Shown in pieces: positions 9,689-19,295 of a stretch of 64,000 bases of DNA. The translations under genes and the position numbers were made by a program. Below the pieces are notes generated by a model, which was not told the DNA's origin, ran no database searches, and saw only the letters and a program-made list of their open reading frames with translations. Each line of letters begins with the position of its first letter. Position 1 is the first letter of the stretch. The stretch comes from an uncultured Chlamydiae bacterium (GTDB lineage Bacteria > Chlamydiota > Chlamydiia > Chlamydiales > JAJFMA01), in NCBI GenBank assembly GCA_963713615.1, contig CAVQMM010000001.1, positions 2,720,001 to 2,784,000 of the forward strand. The letters are read 5' to 3'.

Positions 9689-10885
9689 TTAGTTTACAAT
9701 CTTGTTCACGTGGTATAGCGCCGCCGAACCCATGAAGGCCGAGACGAAGGACTCGATAGCAAGTTTTACCAGTGCCTTGCCAAATCGCAGTTCTTGAGCT
9801 GGTATATATACAATGTCTCCAGCCTGCAAATAGACGTCCTTGGCTTCACCAGTCAGAATAGCCATAAAGTTTGCCCTGATCACACAGGGACAATCCAAGG
9901 AGCCTCTAAGGATCAATATCTCGCGCCAGTTTCCGTTAATATAGGGATCCCAACTCCTAGGCCCATATACCGGTGACAAAGCGCTAATGAGCGTTAGGTC
10001 ATCCCGGAAGGGCACTACGCGCCCACCAACCACACCGATAAGATAAACTTCTTCATCCAATGCCGATGCGATATATACATAGTCACCGGGCTTGAGGTAA
10101 ATATTCTGCGAGTCATCGCCTCTTTGAATCAAGCCTTCGAAGTCGACGTTGAGGAGCACACCTTTACGAGCAACAAAAGACTTTGTCAGGTTGGCGATAT
10201 GCATGGTGGATCCGCGATAACCGCCGTCATTAAGGCCACCAGCCTCACCGATGGCACTACGGAGGTCAACAGCGGTGTTCAAGGGGTAGACACCAGGCCT
10301 CATGACCTTACCCAAAACCATGAAGTAATCAGCAGCCTTGACTTTTGGTACTACAGCGACATTTGGCGACGTCAGCATCACCCCCAAGCCCTTTTCGATA
10401 TCAGCTGCTAGCTCTTCGGGTGTGCGTCCCTCAGCTTTAATGCCGTCCAGGTACATGAAGTAGATATAGCCATCGGGAGCGACAACGACCTCACCCAGGC
10501 CATTTTCGTCGTTTGTGAAGATAGAGACTTCTAACACATCACCTTTGTTAATACGGTAGGGTTCCTTTCTGAGTTGTAACTTCTCCAAGTACTCAGGAGG
10601 CACCTTTCCCTTATTCGCATCAGGTGCGTGACCGCAGGGATCGAAATCTACAATCACCTCAGGGTAATGAACCATGACAGGAGGACGACGCCCACAGCAG
10701 GTAAGTGCGCATGTCTCGGGGACAACACGCACAGTACAACCCCGCTTATAGATTGTGCAGCTGGTAAAGGATGATAAACAGCTCGCGGTCATGATGACCA
10801 GCAACAAACAGGATCTCAGCCAACAGCTTCTTTGTGACATTTCTATGGTCATCCCTTGTCTCCCTACCAGCTCATCGCTACGCAT
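9689..10885 (-). CDS. Second polysaccharide export protein (Wza/OPX-like, possible lipoprotein)
   Basis: YRINKGDVLEV...VAPDGYI, GKVMRPGVY, LKPGDYVYI; Cys-containing signal-like N-terminus. Confidence 0.85.
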   Translation of the reverse strand: MRSDELVGRQGMTIEMSQRSCWLRSCLLLVIMTASCLSSFTSCTIYKRGCTVRVVPETCALTCCGRRPPVMVHYPEVIVDFDPCGHAPDANKGKVPPEYLEKLQLRKEPYRINKGDVLEVSIFTNDENGLGEVVVAPDGYIYFMYLDGIKAEGRTPEELAADIEKGLGVMLTSPNVAVVPKVKAADYFMVLGKVMRPGVYPLNTAVDLRSAIGEAGGLNDGGYRGSTMHIANLTKSFVARKGVLLNVDFEGLIQRGDDSQNIYLKPGDYVYIASALDEEVYLIGVVGGRVVPFRDDLTLISALSPVYGPRSWDPYINGNWREILILRGSLDCPCVIRANFMAILTGEAKDVYLQAGDIVYIPAQELRFGKALVKLAIESFVSAFMGSAALYHVNKIVN

Positions 10886-10893
10886 GTACTGTG

Positions 10894-13023
10894 TTACTTA
10901 TTGCTAAACCAGGATTTAAGCCCTGACGCGTGGTCACTATCTGACTGTCTTCCTTCTACCTGAACTCTAACATCATCGATAAAGATCTTGAGAGCACGGT
11001 TAAGCACTAGCCCAATAGGCCGGATGTCTACCAGTTCACATTCATGTAAGCTCGCATCCACATATTCTCGTTTTACCTTGTTCGAACCAATGATGAAGAC
11101 AAAGTCCTTTACATGGTCTAAGATATTTAAAGCGTAGTCTCGCTCAATGATACCAGGGCAGTCCATCAAAACAACATCGAACTGACGCTGAAGCTCCTCC
11201 ACGAGCTGAGCCATCTTACCCCTTCTGATGATATCCTTAAGGTCGCTTTCAGCCCCAACAGTCACACGGCAAGGTTCACCTCGGTAAATAATCTCATCAA
11301 GATTAGCCTGTCCGCGAAGATAGTCCACTGCCGTCTTGCTAGCAACCTGATGTGGCTCAAAGAGTGAAGCACTAGAAGGATCCCATTCCACAACGACAAC
11401 TTTTTTTCCTAAGCGCTGCCATAAACATGCTAAGCAATAGGTTAAAGTACTCTTACCCTCGCCCCCTATAGAACTCGTAATGGCAAGAGTGAACTTTTCA
11501 CGACCGTGCAATAGTCTATGAAGGCTTTCTTCAAGGTAGCTTACATAGGGCTTTAAGCGCTCTTCGGCATTTCTGGGCGTCGTGCGGGCCAATTCAGGAA
11601 TGGTCAGCAGGCAAGGCACTGTATAGAAACCGTCCAGTTCTTTAGAAGTACGAATCTTCGGATCGAGAACCTCAAGCATAGCCGCCAGGCACAATCCAAA
11701 ACCGATACCAACCAAGAAACCTATCAGGGGTAATAGGTCGACAAGAATGTTATCCTGTGCCTGAGCTTTACCAGCTGGAAGGTAGAGATCGATGTCACCC
11801 TTACCCAGCTTCAGCATCATGTCAGTAGCTTTCATGACGGCTTCGGTGTCTTTAAGATCTTGCTCATAGCGAGTCTTCTCATCGAGCATGCGGGAGAACT
11901 GCATTTCCTCGGCTGGAAGGTTATCCATGTTTTTCTTCTGGGCGTCGTAGGCTGCAGTCAGATCATCTTTAAGCATCTGAGCGGAACGCACTTTTCCTCG
12001 AAGACCAACCAGGTTAAGGTTGAGCTGTTCTTTAACGGGGTTTTTCTCCCATTGTTGAAACGGCCTGTTGGCAGGGTTCTGATCCTGCGGCTTGGCAAGC
12101 ATCGCATGCAATTCTGTAAGCTCAGCTTCCAAAACTTTTATTTTGGGGTTTTCAGGAGCATAACGCGTTTTGGCTTCTAATAATGCTAGCTCTGTCTGCA
12201 AAAGCCTACGTTGCATAGGATTGTCTTCAACGGTGCTCCTGACGACGGTATCAGGCATCCGCGCTGTTTCACGTCGTAGATTCTCATATTCGATGAGCAT
12301 GCCATTGTATGTCATAATAGCATCTTGCAAACGCTTTTCCGAATCGACCATCCCTTTCACTGCTATCAACCCTTCAGGGGTAACATCGATGAAAGAATGC
12401 GCTCTGCGGAAGTCGGCAATCTCTTGAATTTTCTCACTAATTTTCTGCTCAAACGTTGTAGCCTGACTCGCAAGGTAGTCATACGCCGACTTCAATTGGC
12501 GCTTGGCATACTCCTGACCATCCTTTACAACCACAGAAGCAAGGGTATTGGCAATGTCAGTTGCTAGGTTTGGATTGCTTGCCGATACAGTAATGTCGAT
12601 CAGGTTAGAGTCTCCTAAAGGTGGTTTGACGTCGATCAGTTTACCAAGCTCCTGTTCAGACATATCCAAACCAAGAATCGAACGAACCGCATTTAGGTGC
12701 GCTGGTAACGTGACCATTTCCGTAGCCGACGTCATCGTAAAGTGACCTAAGGGCAAATTCTCGGGAAGAAACTTAGAAGTTTGAACCTCAAACATCAAAT
12801 AAGCATCTGCCACATAGATATTTTGCAGATGTAGCGCCAAGGCGCCAAAAACGAGCGCGAAGGCAATCGAGCTGGCAACAACCAACCATAAACGCCTTAG
12901 AATACCTCGGAATATTTTGACGAGGTCAAAGCGGCGAGCGATGTCTTCAATTCCGCCCCTACGGACTATGGAACGCCCTGGGCGAGCTTCTTCAGGTCCT
13001 AACTCCACAGTCTGATCAGACAT
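10894..13023 (-). CDS. Wzc/GumC-like polysaccharide co-polymerase with fused P-loop domain
   Basis: Two TM segments around a coiled coil, YAPENPKI motif, Walker A TSSIGGEGKST, FDVVLMDCP. Confidence 0.88.
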   Translation of the reverse strand: MSDQTVELGPEEARPGRSIVRRGGIEDIARRFDLVKIFRGILRRLWLVVASSIAFALVFGALALHLQNIYVADAYLMFEVQTSKFLPENLPLGHFTMTSATEMVTLPAHLNAVRSILGLDMSEQELGKLIDVKPPLGDSNLIDITVSASNPNLATDIANTLASVVVKDGQEYAKRQLKSAYDYLASQATTFEQKISEKIQEIADFRRAHSFIDVTPEGLIAVKGMVDSEKRLQDAIMTYNGMLIEYENLRRETARMPDTVVRSTVEDNPMQRRLLQTELALLEAKTRYAPENPKIKVLEAELTELHAMLAKPQDQNPANRPFQQWEKNPVKEQLNLNLVGLRGKVRSAQMLKDDLTAAYDAQKKNMDNLPAEEMQFSRMLDEKTRYEQDLKDTEAVMKATDMMLKLGKGDIDLYLPAGKAQAQDNILVDLLPLIGFLVGIGFGLCLAAMLEVLDPKIRTSKELDGFYTVPCLLTIPELARTTPRNAEERLKPYVSYLEESLHRLLHGREKFTLAITSSIGGEGKSTLTYCLACLWQRLGKKVVVVEWDPSSASLFEPHQVASKTAVDYLRGQANLDEIIYRGEPCRVTVGAESDLKDIIRRGKMAQLVEELQRQFDVVLMDCPGIIERDYALNILDHVKDFVFIIGSNKVKREYVDASLHECELVDIRPIGLVLNRALKIFIDDVRVQVEGRQSDSDHASGLKSWFSNK

Positions 13024-13338
13024 GGTCTTTCTCCCATTCGTAGATACTCAGATGTTACGCCTTTACTGTGTACCCGACCACGGCAACTCATGCTACCGCG
13101 GCGAGTTTGAACGTAAGACAATCCAGATCTCATTTTTTCCCATTTGTATGCAAACAATAAACTTCAAATCATTTAAATTCTTGTTCCGCCAGGTCAATGG
13201 AACCGCGATGACATGAACTCCCAATTGCGTTCCAAAGAAATGTGTTTGTGGTACACATTCCTATAGGATTCACTGTGCACTTGTCAATGTCAAACTCAAA
13301 ATTTAGAAATTTAATGCAAGATCTCTCGTAAAGGACCC

Positions 13339-15477
13339 CTAGCCCCTCTTGGGAACAATGGCAGGCTTTAGAGAAGGATCAATTGTCGGACCAAAAACCT
13401 GATTTGGTGATGCTGTCAGGTGATAAATCTGTATGCGGCGCTGATGGTCATCTTTGGTTTGAAAGACCAATTTCATCCCTGGCAACCCCACCTCCAAGGC
13501 AGGTAGAAGCTCTGGGTTGACCTTGAGGAGGAAGGGTTCATATAGAATGAGCCAGTGGCTGTTATGTTCTCTCACGAAGTTTACGATACGTCTTGGATCG
13601 TAATGGATCAAGCGATTGATTGTGGGGTGCTGGGCGAGGAATCCTGTTGTAGATATAAAACCATAACCACAACCAACCAACGTGTCACCAGGTGGTACAT
13701 GGTTGTCGATCCAATCGGCCAATACTCTGTTATATGCATAACCCTGCTCAATCTGCTGACCCCGCCAAAAAATTAGAACCAGACACAAGGCCAGAACAAA
13801 ACTAGCCACCCAAAAATAAGCGTTTTCCATGTATTGATTTCGAGCCAAGAAGCAGCTGAGCGCAAGCAAACCAGCGGCTCCGAAAAGGTGCACTGGAAGA
13901 AGGCTAGCAAATAATAGACGCGGCTCCACGTATAGAAGGGGATAGGCGATGATGGGAAAGAATAACATCACCAACCAAGGCCATTCTGGCATCAACGTAC
14001 GATTAATGCCTCGGGTAAACAAAGGCAAGCAAAAAGCAAAGAACCAAAGCGGTGTGAGCAATACTCCTGGAGTACTTTTTAAAGTATGCAGGAGGTTGGC
14101 AGGAAACCTATATAGCCAGATTAATATATGTTGCTCTATCCCTGTTTCGGGCCACTTACCCGTCGTCATTCTGCCCGCGAAACCATAAACCTCTCGGGCA
14201 GAACTCTGCGGATCAAGCTGTTCAGAGTATTGTTGTGAAAACACCGATACCTTTTTGAATAGTCCAATATCTCCTAAAAGGACCTTTGACGTGGTCGAGT
14301 ACATAATCACGACTGCAAAAAAGCCTGCCAGAACTAGGCCCAAACAACGCCAAGGATCGGTATACCATGGGGATCTGCTAGGAATTTCCTTACTACGGGC
14401 ACGCTGGGCCAGTATGAGCAAGCCGATGAGAGAGCCAAGAAAGAGGATGAAGCCTTCATTCCGAACGCAGAAATGAACACCAAAACCGACACCGGCGATC
14501 AAAAGGGTAATTTTGGAACATTCCTTCCAACTACTTCGCGCTAACAATGCTGTGCCAACAGCCAGAGCAAGTAGATAAAAGGTTTCAGAGTACCCGTTGC
14601 ACGAGTAGATGACCAAACGTGGATGCAGCACTGTCAACCACCCCGCCAACCATGCTACTCTCTCACCATAGTAACATCGAGCTATCCAGGCTACGGGCAG
14701 GGCCAACAAAACACCAGGAATAAAGGATGCGCTGATGGCGCTTTGAATCGGACTCATTCCAATATAAAAGAAAATAGCTTCCCAGAAGCAGAAAGGATTT
14801 GTCCATCCCGATTGCGCCTTATCCCATTGCCCTTTAGCAATAGCTTCCGCTGTCCAACCATAGTTGACGGCATCGCCATAGACAGCGGTTGTGACTCCCA
14901 GGTAGAGCAAACGCACCACCATCGCCCCGACCGCTAAAGTGGTCAACTGTGCTGCCAGCGAAAAACCCAAACTTTGTGCCTCGAAACGGAAGTTCCTTCG
15001 AAAGGCCTCAACAACAATGGGACGAAAAACACTAATCCTATAGCCAAGGAATGCGAAAATGCTGGCAGTGGCTACACCTACGAGCTTAGCCATGTTTATA
15101 CCGGCCAATCGCGAGACATCAAATTCATCTTGCAGAAATTGATAGACAAACAAGAAGACCGAGGTGTTGACCATCATAGCCAAAAAGGCAACGCCAAAGT
15201 ACTTCATCATGGTGGAATGAGGCAAAGGCTTATCGCTAAATCCAAACGTCCAGGTTTTATTGATGCGATAGCTATTCAGTGTTGCTACGAAGCAAGCACT
15301 CAAAGAGATGACGAATAGAGCAGCGGAACTACTGGCTCCGGTGATAATCACCAACGTATTCGTAAGAGTAAAGTCGATGAGGGTATTAAGCAAACCGACG
15401 AGCCCATACCGAGCGAGCTGTCGCAAGCCATGCTGCACGCTTTCAACGTTTTTGTTTTCCTGCAATGGCTCGTACAC
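13339..15477 (-). CDS. GtrA-like domain fused to a GT-C (ArnT/PMT-like) membrane glycosyltransferase
   Basis: N-terminus RYGLVGLLNTLIDF...NSYRINKTWTF (GtrA-like), then GDAVNY and YSETFY acidic loops in a polytopic membrane protein. Confidence 0.75.
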   Translation of the reverse strand: MYEPLQENKNVESVQHGLRQLARYGLVGLLNTLIDFTLTNTLVIITGASSSAALFVISLSACFVATLNSYRINKTWTFGFSDKPLPHSTMMKYFGVAFLAMMVNTSVFLFVYQFLQDEFDVSRLAGINMAKLVGVATASIFAFLGYRISVFRPIVVEAFRRNFRFEAQSLGFSLAAQLTTLAVGAMVVRLLYLGVTTAVYGDAVNYGWTAEAIAKGQWDKAQSGWTNPFCFWEAIFFYIGMSPIQSAISASFIPGVLLALPVAWIARCYYGERVAWLAGWLTVLHPRLVIYSCNGYSETFYLLALAVGTALLARSSWKECSKITLLIAGVGFGVHFCVRNEGFILFLGSLIGLLILAQRARSKEIPSRSPWYTDPWRCLGLVLAGFFAVVIMYSTTSKVLLGDIGLFKKVSVFSQQYSEQLDPQSSAREVYGFAGRMTTGKWPETGIEQHILIWLYRFPANLLHTLKSTPGVLLTPLWFFAFCLPLFTRGINRTLMPEWPWLVMLFFPIIAYPLLYVEPRLLFASLLPVHLFGAAGLLALSCFLARNQYMENAYFWVASFVLALCLVLIFWRGQQIEQGYAYNRVLADWIDNHVPPGDTLVGCGYGFISTTGFLAQHPTINRLIHYDPRRIVNFVREHNSHWLILYEPFLLKVNPELLPALEVGLPGMKLVFQTKDDHQRRIQIYHLTASPNQVFGPTIDPSLKPAIVPKRG

Positions 15478-15575
15478 TCTGCCTCCTGCATGTCAGCACT
15501 ATCACAGTTATTGCAGAATCGCCAACCATTTTATAGGATTTTCTTCGTTGAATCCGAGCCCGAGCCCGTATGCAT

Positions 15576-15934
15576 GCCCATATACGTTAAGCTAAGAGAA
15601 TTAGGAATTTTCACCGCCGAGGCGCCGAGACACCGAGATAGGAGAGAGAGGATTAGGAGAGAATGTGCCGTTTGTGTGTCCTTGGACAGCATTTTGCCCA
15701 AGGACACACAAACGGCACAGGTGCTCAATCTAACTTTTTTTGTTAAATTGAGAACCTGTTCAGTTACTGCTCTGGACAAAACCCAGTCTAAGGGCTCTAC
15801 AGAATCTTATTCTTGCGGGAACCCTTAGACTGGGTTTTGTCCAGAGCAGTAACTGAAAATTCTCTCCTCTCTTTCCTAATCTCGGTGTCTCGGCGGTGAA
15901 AATTCCTAATTCTCTTGGCTTAACGCATATGGGC
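15576..15934. repeat. Large palindromic MITE/REPIN-like element (family D arms with internal hairpins)
   Basis: Terminal IR GCCCATATRCGTTAAGCYAAGAGAATTAGGAATTTTCACCGCCGAG; internal hairpins at ~15664-15719 and ~15758-15857; related to 48421-48636. Confidence 0.85.
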
Positions 15935-16043
15935 TCGAGCTCCTACCCAGAACGGTTACCAAAAAGCATCTGAATATTAGCTCTTGATGCAAATCATTTT
16001 TTTCGCTAAGCCAATATGCTAGGCGACAAGGTAGGTTGGTTTT

Positions 16044-17483
16044 ATGGTCTATAAAATAATAGTCTTCTGGTTAGGCTCGATTTTCTTCATCCCGTTCGGC
16101 TATTTTGCATGCCGTGTTTTTAAGCCAGCCGTCTATGCCATTTTTGCCCTGATGCTGCTCTCACTGGGCGATGTCGATGACCTTAGTATTACCTTCTTTG
16201 GTCACCAAGAATACAAGATGGCTACCCGGGGTCTGGAGATCGCTCTAGCTGACCTGTGCGCAATCGTCCTATTGCTCTATATCCTTTTTACCACTCCGCG
16301 ACAGGAGTTGATTAAGTTTCCACCTCTAACCCTTCCGCAGTTCTTTTTTATCTTTGTCGCCGTCCTGTCGTGGCTAGCCACTAAGAGTGTAGCTCCTAAC
16401 CCCTTAGCCGCTGAAATTGCATCGTTTAACCCAAATAGCCAAGAATATTCTCACGCATTGGAACCCACATTCCGCCTAGGACTATACCCCCTCTTTGAGA
16501 TTGCCAAACTATTTAGAGGTTTTCTTTTCTTTTGGATTGCGGTAAACCTTTCTAAGGACCCGAACATTATTCGGGTGATGTACGTCGTTTTCTCAGTACT
16601 GATTGTATACTTCACCGCCAAATCATTAATCTTGCGCTACGTGTATGGCGTTAACCGCGTGACAGCAGGCATTGGTCACTACAATAACTTCAATACTTTC
16701 GTAGGGCTAATGGGAGCATTTATGCTACCCCTGGCATTTTCGTCGAAACGTTTTTTAATCAGTGCATTCATATGGATTTTGATGCTTTCCACTGTGGTGT
16801 GTATTATTCTGACCATCAGCCGTTCAGCGCTGGCAGCCTTTGGAATAGCTCTTTTTTTCGGCGTTCCCGTGCTATTGTTAAAGTTCTTCAATGCCAAGAA
16901 TCTCCTTTTTATGATGCTGGGTATTCTCACTATGATCGGACTTCTCGCTAAGGCTGAGAAGACTCTGACGGAGCGTTTTGTCTACAAAAACCCAACCGAA
17001 AAGGCCTGGGCGGAACGCACCGCACTCAACAACGAAGCCAAAATGATGGCTCATGACTTCCCTCTTGGCGTAGGACTTGGCAATTTCTCCGCATGGTCTA
17101 TCTTACGTTATTCGCAGCTAACGGGCGCTGAAATTGGAAACTTTGCTCACAATTCTTTCTACCTGACAATGGGTGAGATGGGTTATCTGGGCCTATTCGC
17201 CTTTATGGTCTTCTGGGGCCGATTTGCGCAACTTGGCTTTATCGCTTTTATATACCGACTTTTAGGTAACGATCGCTTTGCGTTTGGGGCCATTATGGGC
17301 GCTGACTTGGCAATACTATTTCTTTTGCCGCAATTATGGTTCCAATTTACTTATCGAGTATCAGCCGTGTATCTCTTAGTGCACATCATCCTCGGTGTTG
17401 GTATACGACAATATCTGATGGTGATGCAGGAGAAAAAAGTGTCACTCCTTGAATCATTAACTGGAAAACGTGCTGCGGTATAA
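16044..17483 (+). CDS. O-antigen ligase/Wzy polymerase family protein
   Basis: TISRSA, PLGVGLGNF, FAHNSFYLTMGEMG (Wzy_C motifs). Confidence 0.85.
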   Translation: MVYKIIVFWLGSIFFIPFGYFACRVFKPAVYAIFALMLLSLGDVDDLSITFFGHQEYKMATRGLEIALADLCAIVLLLYILFTTPRQELIKFPPLTLPQFFFIFVAVLSWLATKSVAPNPLAAEIASFNPNSQEYSHALEPTFRLGLYPLFEIAKLFRGFLFFWIAVNLSKDPNIIRVMYVVFSVLIVYFTAKSLILRYVYGVNRVTAGIGHYNNFNTFVGLMGAFMLPLAFSSKRFLISAFIWILMLSTVVCIILTISRSALAAFGIALFFGVPVLLLKFFNAKNLLFMMLGILTMIGLLAKAEKTLTERFVYKNPTEKAWAERTALNNEAKMMAHDFPLGVGLGNFSAWSILRYSQLTGAEIGNFAHNSFYLTMGEMGYLGLFAFMVFWGRFAQLGFIAFIYRLLGNDRFAFGAIMGADLAILFLLPQLWFQFTYRVSAVYLLVHIILGVGIRQYLMVMQEKKVSLLESLTGKRAAV

Positions 17484-17485
17484 GC

Positions 17486-18691
17486 ATGAGCAAAATGCGC
17501 ATGCTCTACCTTCACGAAAAGCTTGGCCGCATGGCCGGTGCAGAGCAGCATATCGTCGTTACAGCCCCTTTTCTCAAAGAAGCTTTTGATCTCTATATGG
17601 CCTACTGGACCCGCAGTGGCAAGGATGAGGAACTGGTAGAGCAATGGTTTAGTGGCACCTACCAACTCAATTTCGATGCTCCGGAGGAGACCATTCGCAG
17701 CTCGCTAAATGCCATTCTGGATCAGGTTAAACCCGACATCGTCTATATGCACAAATGTTTGTCAGCGCCCATGATTGAAACATTATTAGCAACAAAGATT
17801 CCTATCGTACGCATGGTCCACGACCATGAAGTCTATTGCATGCGGACATACAAGTACTTTCCTTGGTCACGTAAGATATGTCACAAAAAAGCTGGCCCCT
17901 GTTGCCTCTTCCCTTGCCTAGCTTTCATTCAGCGCGATCGCACCAAGGGGGAATATGGCATTAAGTATGTAAGCTATGACAAACAACAACGGCTGATCCG
18001 TGCCGATCAACAGATCGCCGCCTCATTTGTAGTAACCGAATACATGCGTCAGGAACTGTTACTTCAAGGATACCCTCCGGAACGCGTATTTATCTTTCCT
18101 CCTACCCCACATAACCTCACAGGCAACATCCCCCAACCAACTTTTAGCGATAAGAACATCTTAGTGTTTGCCGGCCAGATCATTCGTGGAAAGGGTCTTG
18201 ATTGCCTGATTAAAGCCCTAGCACTAGTAAAAACGCCATTTAAGCTCATTGTGCTGGGCGATGGTTCTCATAAGGTCTACTGCCAGAGACTTACTGAATC
18301 ATTAGGATTGCAGAACAAGATAGAGTTTCGTGGATTTGTCCCACATGAAGAATTGCAAGAGTTCTATCGCCAGGCAACAGCAGCCATTGTGCCCTCCGTA
18401 TGGCCTGAGCCCATAGCCACGTGGGGTCTAGAGGTCATGCGCTATGGACTTCCTGTAATTGGTTTTAACTCCGGGGGAATCCCAGATTGGCTTAAGGATA
18501 ACCTCACAGGCTACCTGATTCCTTGGATGGACCTCCCCAATATGGCAGAAAAAATCGATTATCTCCTCACACATAAAGAAGAAGCCAGACGATTGGGTCA
18601 AAATGCCCGTCAGTTTATCCTGGAGCATTATAATTTCAATGATTACATCGTGAATCTACGTTCTAAGTTAGTAGAAATAGCGGAACGTTAA
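17486..18691 (+). CDS. Glycosyltransferase family 4
   Basis: GAEQ, GQIIRGKG, PSVWPEP...LEVMRYGLPVIGFNSGG. Confidence 0.9.
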   Translation: MSKMRMLYLHEKLGRMAGAEQHIVVTAPFLKEAFDLYMAYWTRSGKDEELVEQWFSGTYQLNFDAPEETIRSSLNAILDQVKPDIVYMHKCLSAPMIETLLATKIPIVRMVHDHEVYCMRTYKYFPWSRKICHKKAGPCCLFPCLAFIQRDRTKGEYGIKYVSYDKQQRLIRADQQIAASFVVTEYMRQELLLQGYPPERVFIFPPTPHNLTGNIPQPTFSDKNILVFAGQIIRGKGLDCLIKALALVKTPFKLIVLGDGSHKVYCQRLTESLGLQNKIEFRGFVPHEELQEFYRQATAAIVPSVWPEPIATWGLEVMRYGLPVIGFNSGGIPDWLKDNLTGYLIPWMDLPNMAEKIDYLLTHKEEARRLGQNARQFILEHYNFNDYIVNLRSKLVEIAER

Positions 18692-18843
18692 TTATGTTTT
18701 TACCCCCAGGGAACACAAAAACCTCTGCAGTTATCTCTATGAATAAGCTGGGACTGCCACTTTGACACTTATTATAAATCAATTGTTAAAATATCTATAA
18801 AATGCCATTATCAACTTTAAATGCTATAAATTAAATAAGGATA

Positions 18844-19182
18844 ATGGACATGCATTTGGATAATCTACTTAATTTTGCTATGGTAAATTTCGCCAAAGTG
18901 CATGAGGTGAACGCCCCCATTGAGCCGACAACAGAAACGCGCAATTTCATTTGGTCCTTGGCTACTATCATTCATTCGCTATGTACGATAGTCATATTAA
19001 AGTCCGGCTCCAACAACGACTCCATACCGAAAGCCGTTCTAGGCGCCTCTATTCTTCTTACAGGCTGCATACTAAATGGGTTCGTTAACCCAGGTGATCT
19101 GTGCGCTCCGATGCCCTTCCTCTTTGAATCAGTTGCAGTGCATGTCCTTCTTGCTTACGTCACTCAAACCTTTGATGGTTAG
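18844..19182 (+). CDS. Small hypothetical membrane protein
   Basis: 112-aa ORF with TAAGGA RBS, AT-rich upstream region and about 3 hydrophobic stretches. Confidence 0.4.
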   Translation: MDMHLDNLLNFAMVNFAKVHEVNAPIEPTTETRNFIWSLATIIHSLCTIVILKSGSNNDSIPKAVLGASILLTGCILNGFVNPGDLCAPMPFLFESVAVHVLLAYVTQTFDG

Positions 19183-19295
19183 ATGCTCAAGTAATGGTAT
19201 ATCGCATGGCTTTGGGCTATGAACGAACTTGACGAGCTGGACAAAAATGGACTTCACTTTTGTTGTCCAATTGCGAAAGTCTCGCGCTACATATG

